Below, piece by piece: positions 16,676 through 25,243 of a stretch of DNA of 40,466 nt. Numbering within the stretch: position 1 is the stretch's first letter; the number at the start of each line of letters is the position of its first letter. Origin of the DNA: Candidatus Limnocylindrales bacterium. GTDB taxonomy: Bacteria > Chloroflexota > Limnocylindria > Limnocylindrales > CSP1-4. A program made the translations under genes and the position numbers. Location: the NCBI GenBank assembly GCA_030647575.1, contig JAUSJS010000027.1, forward strand, positions 1 to 40,466. The letters are read 5' to 3'. Under the pieces are notes generated by a model. It saw only the letters and a list, made by a program, of their open reading frames with translations. It did not search any database and was not told where the DNA came from.

Positions 16676-17817
16676 GCGGAGGCCTCCTTGGCCAGGTCCT
16701 GGGCGGCCTCGATCAGCCGATCGTTCTCGTGCGGGTCGCGGACGGTGAGGCGGAGGTGCTGGGCGAGAGGGTGACCCGAGCCGAAGGTGCGCGGGACGAG
16801 GCCCCGGGTGAGCAGCGCTTCGGCGACCGTCGAAGCGCGCTGGGGTGATCCGAGGTCAACCAGCACGAAATTGGCGACCGAGGCGCCGACCGACCAGCCG
16901 GCGGTGCGGAGGGCGTCGGTCAGGCGCGCCCGCTCGCGGACAACCCGCTCGAGGTTGGAATCGAGGATCGTGTCGTCGAGGAGCGCCTCGGTGGCGATCG
17001 TGACGGACACGACGGAGACGGAGCCGGGCGGCCGGTATGGGTTGAGCTGGGCGATCATCTCCGGGCGACCGATCGCGAACCCGACCCGCAGGCCGGCCAG
17101 CGCGTACGCCTTGCTGATGGTCCGGACGACGATCAGGTTCGGGTATCTCACTCGCAGGCGTACGAGGGAGGTCCCGACGAACTCGGCGTAGGCCTCGTCG
17201 AGCACCACGATCGGGGCGGGCCGGCCGTCGTCGGCGGCGTCGGCGTCGAGCGCCGCGAGCAGGTCGTCGATCAGGCCATCCGGCTCGGACAGGGCGGTTG
17301 GGTTGTTCGGGCTGCACAGCCAGATGACCGAGGCATCGCGGGCGGCGACTCGAACGGCGTCCAGATCCAGCGCCCAGCTCTGTGAGGCGCCGCGACGCGG
17401 GACCGCGACGACGGTGGCACCGCGCTGCTCGGTGCAGACGCGGTACATGGCGTACGACGGCGAGGGCACGATGGCCCGGCTGCCCGGCGCGATGAACGCT
17501 TTCGCGATGACGTCGAGGATCTCGTCCGCGCCGGCACCGACCAGCAGCTCGTTCGTGCCGACGTCGTAGCGGGCGGCTGCAGCGGCGACCAGCCGCCGGT
17601 AGTCCGACGGCGGGTACTCGGAGAGCGGGGCGTCGAACTCGCCGGCCGCCAGCAGCCGCTCGACGAGCGCCGGCGGGGTCGGAGAGGTGTTCAGGTCGAA
17701 GCGAACGATCGTCCGGAGATCGACGTCGTAGCGTGCCGCGACCTCCTCATTGGTGGCTTCCCAGGAGTATGACGCCGGCGCCGTCGGTGAGCTGAAGGTG
17801 ACCGGCGTGGGGCTCAT
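16672..17817 (-). CDS. hisC: Histidinol-phosphate aminotransferase
   Basis: This is a class II aminotransferase in the his operon, with LNTSPTPPA...NELLVGAGADEIL...PNNPT...VVRTISKAYALAGLRVGF (PLP lysine in SKAY). Confidence 0.92.
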   Translation of the reverse strand: MSPTPVTFSSPTAPASYSWEATNEEVAARYDVDLRTIVRFDLNTSPTPPALVERLLAAGEFDAPLSEYPPSDYRRLVAAAAARYDVGTNELLVGAGADEILDVIAKAFIAPGSRAIVPSPSYAMYRVCTEQRGATVVAVPRRGASQSWALDLDAVRVAARDASVIWLCSPNNPTALSEPDGLIDDLLAALDADAADDGRPAPIVVLDEAYAEFVGTSLVRLRVRYPNLIVVRTISKAYALAGLRVGFAIGRPEMIAQLNPYRPPGSVSVVSVTIATEALLDDTILDSNLERVVRERARLTDALRTAGWSVGASVANFVLVDLGSPQRASTVAEALLTRGLVPRTFGSGHPLAQHLRLTVRDPHENDRLIEAAQDLAKEASA

Positions 17818-19178
17818 CGGTCGTCCCCTCGGAAGCGGATCTCGACCGCGTCGCGGTGCGCGAGCAGGCCCTCGGCCTCGGCCAGCGTACCCACGGTCTC
17901 ACGGATTCCGGCCAGCCCCTCGCGGGTGACCCGCTGGACCTGGGTGAATTTGCCGTAGGTCTCGACCGCCAGGGCGCCCGACGCGCGGGCGAGGCCCCCC
18001 GTCGGAAGGACGTGATTGGCGCCGGTGGCGTAATCGCCGGCCGATTCGGGCGCCCACGGCCCGACGAAGATCGATCCGGCGTTGCGCAGCCGTTCCACGG
18101 TCGGCTCGAGCGGCTCGAGGTCGACCGAAAGGTGCTCCGGCGCGTAGGCGTTGATGAAGGCGACGGCGGCGTCGAGCGACGGCGCAAGGGCGATCCGCCC
18201 GTGGTCACGCAAGGCCGCGGCCAGAATTCCGCGGCGCGAGGCTCCTTCGAGCGCTCGATTGACGGCAGCCTCGACGGCGTCGGCAAAGACGGCGTCCGTG
18301 GTCACGAGGATCGCCGGCGAATCCGGGCCATGCTCGGCCTGGGTGATGAGATCGGCGGCCACCCGCGCCGGGTCGGCCGGCGGCGCGGCGAGCACCATGC
18401 CCTCGGATGGCCCGGCCGGCAGATCGATCCCCACCTCGCCGGCGAGCTCGATCTTGGCAGCGGTCACCCAGGCGTTGCCGGGGCCGACGATCCGGTCCAC
18501 GGGCTCGATCCGGGCGTCTGGCAGGCCGTAGGCGAGCGCGCCGATTGCCTGGGCACCGCCGGCGACGATGAACGCGTCGACGTCGAGCAGCCCGGCAGCG
18601 CCGAGAAGGACCGGGTTGGTCACGCCGTCACGACCTGCGGGCGACGCGATGACGACGGCTCCGACCCCGGCGACCTGGGCCGGGACGACGGTCATCACCA
18701 GTGACGACGGGTACGGCGCCGAGCCGCCAGGCACGTAGGCACCGACGCGCGCGATCGGCACCCAGCGGCGCTCGATCTCGATGCCGGGCGCGACGGTGGT
18801 CGTCGTGGACACCGGGCGCTCCGTCTCGGCGAAGCGGCGGACGTTGGCGATCGCCTGGTCGAGAGCCCGCCGGATCCGCGGCGCCAGCCGGTCCCGCGCC
18901 TCGCGAAGTTCGGTGGGGTCCAGCACCAGCCTGCCATCCGGTCTCCCGCCACCGACCTCGAGGTTGGCGGCCCGGACGGCCGCGTCTCCGTCGGCCCGGA
19001 CGGCCGCGAGTGTCGCCCTGGCTGCCGCGCGAACCGCGGGATCGGGGACAGCGCCGCGGCGGACGAGCGCGGTGTGCTCGCGCCGGGCAGCCGGATCGCC
19101 GGCGGCCACCGCGGCGAGGTCGAGCCGGCGAAGACGAAGCGCCTCGATGGCAGCCGGAACGGGGCTGGTCGTGCTCAC
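17814..19178 (-). CDS. hisD: Histidinol dehydrogenase
   Basis: VGAYVPGG.APYPSS..M...PAQVAGV...GGAQAI.ALAYG...GPGNAWV..AK...IDLPAGPSE...QAEHGPDS is present. The GTG start overlaps the hisG TGA. Confidence 0.95.
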   Translation of the reverse strand: MSTTSPVPAAIEALRLRRLDLAAVAAGDPAARREHTALVRRGAVPDPAVRAAARATLAAVRADGDAAVRAANLEVGGGRPDGRLVLDPTELREARDRLAPRIRRALDQAIANVRRFAETERPVSTTTTVAPGIEIERRWVPIARVGAYVPGGSAPYPSSLVMTVVPAQVAGVGAVVIASPAGRDGVTNPVLLGAAGLLDVDAFIVAGGAQAIGALAYGLPDARIEPVDRIVGPGNAWVTAAKIELAGEVGIDLPAGPSEGMVLAAPPADPARVAADLITQAEHGPDSPAILVTTDAVFADAVEAAVNRALEGASRRGILAAALRDHGRIALAPSLDAAVAFINAYAPEHLSVDLEPLEPTVERLRNAGSIFVGPWAPESAGDYATGANHVLPTGGLARASGALAVETYGKFTQVQRVTREGLAGIRETVGTLAEAEGLLAHRDAVEIRFRGDDR

Positions 19179-20035
19179 GGGACGATCTTCTCGATCGGCA
19201 GGACGAGGATGCCCGAGGCCCCGGCCGCCTTGAGCCGAGGCAGCAGGCCCCAGACGTCGTCGGCGCCCACGACCGAGTGGATCGCGATCATTCCGGCATG
19301 GGCGAGTGGGATCACGGTCGGCGACTCGAGCGCGGGGAGGAGCTCCTCGATCTCGGTCAGGGTCGCGGCGGGCGCGTTCATCATCAGGTACTTGCGGTCG
19401 CGCGCGGCGATCACCGCGCTCAGCATCGTGTCGATCGCGGCGACTTCGACGGCTCGCTCTCGATGCGACGCCGGATTGGCGACAAGGACCGCCTCGGACG
19501 ACAGAACGTCGCCGATCTGGCGAAGACCGTTCATGACCAGGGTCGAGCCGGTCGAAACCAGGTCGACGATCGCCTCGGCGAGACCGAGACGCGGGGCGAC
19601 CTCGACGGCACCGGAGATCGGGATGATCTCGACCGGGATGCGCTGTTCCTCGAAAAACCGTCGGGCGGTGTTGGGGTGCGCGGTCGCGACCCGCAGGCCG
19701 GCGAGGTCGGCAACGGTCTGGTACGGCGCGTCGTTGGGCACCGCGGCCGCCAGCCGGCAGCGCCCGTAGCCCAGCGAGCGGATGCGCGGCAGTTTCGCGC
19801 CAGTCTCGCTGATCAGGTCCTCGCCGGTGACCCCGAGATCGGCGACGCCGTCACCGACGAACTCGATGATGTCGTTGGTCCTGACGAACAGGATCTCGAG
19901 GTCGTAGTTCTGGACCATCGCGACCAGGCTTCGATCGTGCTCGTCGAAGACCAGGCCGGCATCGTGGAGCAGGCGCAGGGTAGGCTCGACCAGCCTGCCC
20001 TTGTTCGGGACCGCCAGGCGCAGGCGGGGACTCAC
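19175..20035 (-). CDS. hisG: ATP phosphoribosyltransferase, long form with C-terminal regulatory domain
   Basis: The listed ORF (to 20134) is over-extended. (V)SPRLRLAVPNKGRLVEPTLRLL starts at GTG 20035, overlapping the TGA of the upstream yerC-like gene (GTGA). LVSTGSTL and a C-terminal HisG_C-like region are present. Confidence 0.92.
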   Translation of the reverse strand: MSPRLRLAVPNKGRLVEPTLRLLHDAGLVFDEHDRSLVAMVQNYDLEILFVRTNDIIEFVGDGVADLGVTGEDLISETGAKLPRIRSLGYGRCRLAAAVPNDAPYQTVADLAGLRVATAHPNTARRFFEEQRIPVEIIPISGAVEVAPRLGLAEAIVDLVSTGSTLVMNGLRQIGDVLSSEAVLVANPASHRERAVEVAAIDTMLSAVIAARDRKYLMMNAPAATLTEIEELLPALESPTVIPLAHAGMIAIHSVVGADDVWGLLPRLKAAGASGILVLPIEKIVP

Positions 20036-20364
20036 CGGTCGCCCGCCACGGGGTAGGCGTTCGTGCCGGCGCGGGAAGTGGCATCGAGCTTGTCCAGCAT
20101 CGCACGGTAGCCGCCTTCTCCGTGGTTGAGCCATGACGCGATGCGCGTGATCGTGGCGGTGCTGGCGCCGGTGCGACGAGAGATCTCGGCGTAATGGAGG
20201 CCGGCATCGAGCAGGCGCACGACGGCCCAGCGCTGGGCCATGTCACGCAACTCCGTGAGCGTGCAGAGGTCACGGAAGAATCGCTCCGTCTCGCCGATGT
20301 CGTCGAGCCGCAGAATCGCAGCGAGCAATGCCTCGACGTCGGGAGTTCGCCAGTCGTCGGCCAT
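20032..20364 (-). CDS. TrpR-related YerC/YecD-family DNA-binding protein, first cistron of the his operon (HisR-like)
   Basis: The 110-aa product contains FFRDLCTLTELRDMAQRWAVVRLLDAGLHYAEISRRTGASTATITRIASWLNHGEGGY, the hallmark YerC/YecD TrpR-fold pattern (TGAST/SATI.R helix-turn-helix). ATG 20364 follows a GAGAGGA SD. Confidence 0.85.
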   Translation of the reverse strand: MADDWRTPDVEALLAAILRLDDIGETERFFRDLCTLTELRDMAQRWAVVRLLDAGLHYAEISRRTGASTATITRIASWLNHGEGGYRAMLDKLDATSRAGTNAYPVAGDR

Positions 20365-20384
20365 GGTTGCCGTCGTCCTCTCGT

Positions 20385-20424
20385 TGTAGCGTGCTAGCGT
20401 GCTAGCGTGCTAATACGATAGCAT
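20385..20424. promoter_or_regulatory. 8-bp-phased TAGC/CTAG repeat array; candidate operator overlapping divergent hisA and yerC-his promoters
   Basis: TAGCGTGC occurs three times perfectly (20387-20410), followed by TAATACGA and TAGCAT. GCTAGC palindromes lie at 20393-98 and 20401-06. Degenerate copies are TGTAGC (20385-90), GCTAAT (20409-14) and GATAGC (20417-22). Confidence 0.55.
20419..20424 (+). promoter_or_regulatory. Candidate -10 hexamer (TAGCAT) for a leaderless hisA transcript
   Basis: A TAnnnT hexamer lies 6 nt upstream of ATG 20431, and no SD is present in between. Confidence 0.3.
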
Positions 20425-20430
20425 GGCGCC

Positions 20431-21183
20431 ATGAGCGAGGCAAGCGGGTTTGAGATCCTGCCGGCGATCGACCTGCGCGGCGGTCGCGTGGTGCGTCTTC
20501 GCCAGGGCGACTTCGCCAACGAGACGGCCTACAGCGACGACCCGGTCGAGGTGGCCCAGCGGTTCGCGGATGCGGGCGCCCGCTGGCTGCACGTCGTCGA
20601 CCTCGACGCAGCGCGGAGCGGGAGGCCGACGCACGGTGCGGTGATCGCGGCAATCGTCGCGGCCATCGGGGATCGGCCTCGCGTCGAGGTGGCCGGCGGC
20701 CTGCGTGACGAGCCGGCGGTCGCGGCCGCGCTCGCGTCCGGCGCGGTCCGGGCGATCGTCGGCACGGCGGCGCTTCGCGAGCCTGCCTTCGCGGGCCGAC
20801 TCGTCGCGACCCATGGCGCCGACCGGATCGCCGCAGCGATCGACGTGCGTGACGGTCGCGCGATCGGGCACGGCTGGTCGCCGGACGCCGAGAGCGTCGA
20901 AGCTGCAGAAGCGATCGAACGGCTGGCCGACGTCGGGGTGACGACGTTCGAGGTGACCGCCATCGAGCGCGACGGCCTGCTCGAAGGCCCGAATCTCGGC
21001 CTCTACGAACGCCTGGTTCAGCTCGGCCTTGGCTCCATCATCGCCTCAGGCGGTATCACGACCCTGGACGACCTCCGGGGCGTTCGTGCCCATGGCTGCA
21101 CCGGCGCGATCGTGGGACGAGCGCTCTACGAGGGGCGGCTCGACCTGCTCGAGGCCCTCGCCCTCACCGGCGAGCGGAGCTGA
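20431..21183 (+). CDS. hisA: ProFAR isomerase HisA (possibly PriA-type)
   Basis: ILPAIDLRGGRVVRLRQGDF...WLHVVDLDAA...VEVAGGLR...IVGTAAL...VTAIERDGLLEGPN...IASGGITTLDDL...GAIVGRALYEG. Confidence 0.94.
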   Translation: MSEASGFEILPAIDLRGGRVVRLRQGDFANETAYSDDPVEVAQRFADAGARWLHVVDLDAARSGRPTHGAVIAAIVAAIGDRPRVEVAGGLRDEPAVAAALASGAVRAIVGTAALREPAFAGRLVATHGADRIAAAIDVRDGRAIGHGWSPDAESVEAAEAIERLADVGVTTFEVTAIERDGLLEGPNLGLYERLVQLGLGSIIASGGITTLDDLRGVRAHGCTGAIVGRALYEGRLDLLEALALTGERS

Positions 21184-21217
21184 AGATCCCGGCGCCGCAG
21201 TCATCGTCATGTCTGTG

Positions 21218-21236
21218 CGTCTGCTGAGGGCAGACG
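21218..21236 (+). terminator. Hairpin downstream of hisA
   Basis: cgtctgc (21218-21224) pairs with gcagacg (21230-21236) around the loop tgagg, followed by gttgtcgg (weak U-tract). Confidence 0.35.
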
Positions 21237-21466
21237 GTTGTCGGCCGAAGTCGGAGACGAGGCGGCCGCTGACGGCGCTTCCCTCAGGCGCAGAATCCGA
21301 ACAGCTCAGCGTGGTCAGGCCGCTGGAGCTGCAGAATCTATCGAAACTGGAGGGCGGCCACGCTCGAATGTCGCGGAGGTGCGCCCGTGAGGTGCAGCGC
21401 CCGCCGCCACGGCGCCTGGCCGCGACCACGGCGCCGCCCGCCGCCCGCCGCCCGCCTCCGCCTCGG

Positions 21467-23563
21467 CTAGTGTCCGCCGCTGTGGCCGCCGGCTGCCTCG
21501 AGTTCCTTGCGATGGCTCTCGATCACCTTCTCGGCGATGTGCCCGGGTACGTCGTCGTAGTGGTCGAGCGTCATCGTGAACGAGCCGCGGCCCTGGGCCA
21601 GCGAGCGCAGCTCCGTGGCGTAGCTGGCGAGCTCGGCGAGCGGCACGTGCGCGCTGATGACCTGCATCTCGCCATTCGTGTCCATCCCGAGGACCCGACC
21701 GCGCCGGCCGTTGAGGTCGCGATTGACCTCGCCCATGTAGGCCTCGGGGATCCGGATCTCGACCGCCATGATCGGCTCGAGCAAGGCCGGCTTGGCGTGC
21801 TGGACCCCGTCCTTGAGGGCCATCGACGCGGCGATCTTGAACGCCATCTCGTTCGAGTCGACGGCATGGAACGATCCGTCATAGAGCGTCGCCTTGAAGT
21901 CGGACAGGGGATACCCTGCGAGCACACCGCCCTCGGCCGCCTCGCGGATGCCCTTCTCGACTCCGGCGAAGAAGCCCTTCGGTACGGAGCCGCCGACGAT
22001 TCGCTCGGCGAACTCGACCCCGCCTTCCGGATTCGGCTCCAGCTCCAGCCAGACGTCACCGAACATCCCATGCCCGCCAGTCTGTTTCTTGTAGCGACCG
22101 TGGACCTGGGTCTTGCCGCGGATCGTCTCCTTGTACGGCACCCGCGGGGTGTGGGTCACGATCGCGGCGCCGAACTTGCGCTTCAGCCGCTCGATGATCA
22201 CCGCGGTGTGGGCCTCGCCCATCGTGCGCAGCGTCTGCTCGCCGGTCGTGCTCCGCTCGAGGCGCACGGTCGGCTCCTCTTCGAGCATCCTGGCCAGCGC
22301 CGGGCCCATCTTGTCCAGGTCGCCCTTGGTCTGCGGCTCGATGGCCAGGACCAGCGAGGGCGCCGGGAACTCGAGCGGCGGCAGCGTCAACGGCTTCTCG
22401 CGGGCACTCAGCGCGTCGCCGGTCTCGGTGGCGGTCAGCTTCGCGACCGCGCCGATCTCGCCCGCCTTGAGCTCGCCGATCGGTTCCTGCTCCTTGCCGT
22501 GGAGCAGCAGCAGCTGGCCGATCCGCTCGTCCTCGTTGCGCGTCGAGTTCCAGACGTGGGCCTGGGAGTGGAGCGTCCCGGACAGGATCCGCAGGTAGGT
22601 CAGCCGGCCGACGAACGGATCCGCGGTCGTCTTGAACACCCGCGCCAGGAGTGGACCCGAGTCGTCGGCGGGGACCTCGACCGTCGCGCCCGACTTGTCA
22701 GTCGCCTTGACCGGCGCCTCATCGGCGGGGGAGGGCAGGTAGCGGACGATCGCGTCGAGCAGGGCGCGCAGCCCGATCCCCTTCGTCGCGCTCCCGACGA
22801 GGACCGGTGCCAGGACCGAATCCTTGACGCCCTTGCGCAGGCACGCCTCGAGCTCCGGATCGGAGATCTCCTCGCCTTCGAGGTACTTGGTCAGCACGTC
22901 GTCGTCGGCCTCTGCGGCCGCCTCGAGCAGCTGATCGCGCCGCCGCGCGACCTCAGCGGCGAGCCCGTCCGGGATCGGGATCTCGACCTCCTTGCCGCCT
23001 TCGAGGTGCCAGGCCTTGCGGTGGACCAGGTCGACGTAGCCCTCGAACGATTCGGCGGCGCCGATGGCCAGCTGAAGTGGCGCGACCTTGTCGCCGAAGC
23101 TCGCCCGCAGCGCGTCGAGTGCCGCCGTCGGATCGGCGTTCTCGCGATCGCCCTTGTTGATAAAGAAACACGCCGCGGTGCCGGTCGAACGTCCCAGCGC
23201 CACGGCGTGCTCGAGGCCGGCCTCAACGCCGCTCGAGGCATCCATCACGAAGAGCGCCCCGTCTACGGCGGCGAACCCTTCGATCACATCGGCGATGAAG
23301 TCCGGGTACCCGGGCGTATCCACCAGCGAGATCCGCGTCCCGTCCGACTCGAACGTCCCGACCGCCAGGCTGAGCGACTCCCTGCGCTTCTGCTCCTCGG
23401 GCTCGAAGTCGAGGTGGGCGGTCCCGTCGTCCACCCGACCCGCCCGCGGGATGGCACCGGCCCTGAACAGGAGCTGCTCAGCCAGCGTCGTCTTGCCGGA
23501 CCCGGCGTGGCCCGCCAGGACGACGCTGCGAAGGTGTGGGAGATCGACGCTCTTCATCGTCAT
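21467..23563 (-). CDS. Elongation factor G paralog (fusA2/EF-G-II-like GTPase)
   Basis: G1 is AGHAGSGKTTL, G3 is DTPGYPDF and G4 is NKGD. EF-G domains II-V are recognisable (GRLTYLRILSG..., ...HGRYKKQTGGHG..., FHAVDSNE...). It stands alone, not in an rpsL-rpsG-fusA-tuf context. Start is ATG 23563 or ATG 23557. Confidence 0.88.
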   Translation of the reverse strand: MTMKSVDLPHLRSVVLAGHAGSGKTTLAEQLLFRAGAIPRAGRVDDGTAHLDFEPEEQKRRESLSLAVGTFESDGTRISLVDTPGYPDFIADVIEGFAAVDGALFVMDASSGVEAGLEHAVALGRSTGTAACFFINKGDRENADPTAALDALRASFGDKVAPLQLAIGAAESFEGYVDLVHRKAWHLEGGKEVEIPIPDGLAAEVARRRDQLLEAAAEADDDVLTKYLEGEEISDPELEACLRKGVKDSVLAPVLVGSATKGIGLRALLDAIVRYLPSPADEAPVKATDKSGATVEVPADDSGPLLARVFKTTADPFVGRLTYLRILSGTLHSQAHVWNSTRNEDERIGQLLLLHGKEQEPIGELKAGEIGAVAKLTATETGDALSAREKPLTLPPLEFPAPSLVLAIEPQTKGDLDKMGPALARMLEEEPTVRLERSTTGEQTLRTMGEAHTAVIIERLKRKFGAAIVTHTPRVPYKETIRGKTQVHGRYKKQTGGHGMFGDVWLELEPNPEGGVEFAERIVGGSVPKGFFAGVEKGIREAAEGGVLAGYPLSDFKATLYDGSFHAVDSNEMAFKIAASMALKDGVQHAKPALLEPIMAVEIRIPEAYMGEVNRDLNGRRGRVLGMDTNGEMQVISAHVPLAELASYATELRSLAQGRGSFTMTLDHYDDVPGHIAEKVIESHRKELEAAGGHSGGH

Positions 23564-23637
23564 CGCCTTCGTCGGTCCTTCCTGCTGGTAGGGACACGGG
23601 ACGTCCGGGGTGCGGGGGCAGGGCCATGATAGTCCGC

Positions 23638-23643
23638 TATACT
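23638..23643 (+). promoter_or_regulatory. Candidate -10 hexamer (TATACT) for a near-leaderless yebC transcript
   Basis: TATACT lies 10 nt upstream of ATG 23654 with no SD in between. Confidence 0.3.
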
Positions 23644-23653
23644 CCGGCCCGCG

Positions 23654-24406
23654 ATGTCAGGTCATTCGAAATGGTCCACGATCAAGCGCCAGAAAGGCGT
23701 GACGGACGCCAAGCGCGGGGCCATATTCACGAAGGTCGCCCGGGAGATCTCGGTGGCGGCCCGGCAAGGTGGCGGCGACCCCGACGCCAACTATCGGCTG
23801 CGCCTGGCGATCGAGAAGGCGCGTTCGGTGAACATGCCGGCCGACAACATCAAGCGCACGATCGACAAGGCGACCGGCGGCGGCGAGGCCGAGCAATACG
23901 AGGAGATCGTCTACGAGGGCTACGGCCCGGGCGGGATCGCCGTGCTGGTCGAAGCCCAGACCGACAATCGGAACCGCACCGCCGCCGAGGTTCGCTCGAT
24001 GTTCACCAAGTCTGGCGGCCAGCTCGCCGGTTCGGGCGCGGTCGCCTGGCAGTTCGAGCCGCGCGGCCTGATCTCCGTGTCGCGCAACGGAGTGGACGTC
24101 GATGAGGTCGCGCTGACCGCGATCGACGCCGGTGCCGAGGACGTCGACACGGAGGACGGCGAGGTCATCGAGATCTACACCGCGCCCGGAGATCTCGAGT
24201 CGGTGCGCAAGGCGCTCGAAGCGGCCGGCGTCGCCGTCGAATCGGCCGAATCGACGATGTTTCCAAGGCAGACGGTCGACCTCGACTCCTCGAAGGCGCG
24301 CCAGGCGCTACGCCTGGTCGAGCTGCTCGAGGACCTCGACGACGTCCAGCGGGTGACGGCCAACTTCGAGATCCCCGAGGACGTCTTCGCCGAGGTCGCC
24401 GGGTGA
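23654..24406 (+). CDS. yebC: YebC/PmpR-family protein
   Basis: [32 protein letters not shown]...[25 protein letters not shown] is canonical YebC. It sits upstream of ruvC as in many bacteria. Confidence 0.95.
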   Translation: MSGHSKWSTIKRQKGVTDAKRGAIFTKVAREISVAARQGGGDPDANYRLRLAIEKARSVNMPADNIKRTIDKATGGGEAEQYEEIVYEGYGPGGIAVLVEAQTDNRNRTAAEVRSMFTKSGGQLAGSGAVAWQFEPRGLISVSRNGVDVDEVALTAIDAGAEDVDTEDGEVIEIYTAPGDLESVRKALEAAGVAVESAESTMFPRQTVDLDSSKARQALRLVELLEDLDDVQRVTANFEIPEDVFAEVAG

Positions 24407-25005
24407 TCGTCCTGGGCATCGACCCGGGGACCGCCGCGCTGGGCTACGGGATCGTCGAACGAACCGGTGGGCGGCTGCGCGAGGTCGACCACGGCTGCCT
24501 CACCACGAGCCCTGACCTGGGACTGCCCGAGCGGCTGCTGGCCATCTACACGCTGGTCGACGAGCTGCTCAGCCTTCACCAGCCGCACCTGCTCGGCATC
24601 GAACGGCTCTTCTTCTCGCGCAACGTGCAGACGGCCTTCGCCGTGGGCCAGGCGCGGGGCGTCGTGCTGCTATCGGCCGCGCAGCACGGAACGCCGGTCC
24701 GCGAGGCGACGCCGAACGAGGTCAAGAGCGCGATCACCGGCTATGGCGCCGCCGACAAGGAGCAGGTTCAGCGGATGGTCCAGCTGGTCCTCGGGATGAG
24801 CGAGCTGCCCAGACCGGACGATGCTGCGGATGCCCTGGCGATCGCAACCTGGGTGGCCAACACGGAGCGGAGTGGGCCGACGGCGACCGCCGGCGTGCTC
24901 GACCGTGCGGCGGTGGCGCCGATCAGCCGGGGCGAGACGGGCTACGATCGGGCCGTCCGCGAGGCGCTCGCCAGCGAGCGCGCCGCCAAGCGCAGCGCGT
25001 CGTAA
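24403..25005 (+). CDS. ruvC: Crossover junction endodeoxyribonuclease RuvC
   Basis: GTG 24403 overlaps the yebC TGA. Motifs are (M)[17 protein letters not shown]..., ...IERLFF..N..TA...GQARGV..., [15 protein letters not shown] and DAADALAIA. Confidence 0.93.
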   Translation: MIVLGIDPGTAALGYGIVERTGGRLREVDHGCLTTSPDLGLPERLLAIYTLVDELLSLHQPHLLGIERLFFSRNVQTAFAVGQARGVVLLSAAQHGTPVREATPNEVKSAITGYGAADKEQVQRMVQLVLGMSELPRPDDAADALAIATWVANTERSGPTATAGVLDRAAVAPISRGETGYDRAVREALASERAAKRSAS

Positions 25006-25243
25006 CGGCATGCAGGGATGATCGTGTCGGTTGGTCTCCCGAGGGTCGGACCTCGGGGACGGACGCGACTGTGAGGCACGGTTTCGGGGTCGAAGGGCCG
25101 CAACGTCAGCCCACGGGGACCGTTCGCACTCTTCCCGCGCTTGTGAGTCGCGCTCGCTGCATGGGCGATCGCCATGTCGATGCCGCCGCCCGGCTCGATC
25201 CCGGATTCGCGACTGGCAGTCGCGGTCCATTCGAGTCCGTCGC

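Noticed and set aside
20387-20410. The tandem 8-bp repeat as a CRISPR array or simple microsatellite.
   Set aside because: The units are contiguous with no spacers, only 8 bp long and only 3 perfect copies, so this is not a CRISPR array. Its position exactly between two divergent start codons next to a TrpR-fold gene argues for an operator rather than neutral slippage.
21029-23629. 866-aa plus-strand ORF spanning the hisA end, the intergenic gap and the whole EF-G paralog locus.
   Set aside because: It is antisense to an unambiguous EF-G-like gene (G1-G4 motifs). The product is Arg/Leu/Gly/Asp-rich without domains, and it starts inside hisA in another frame.
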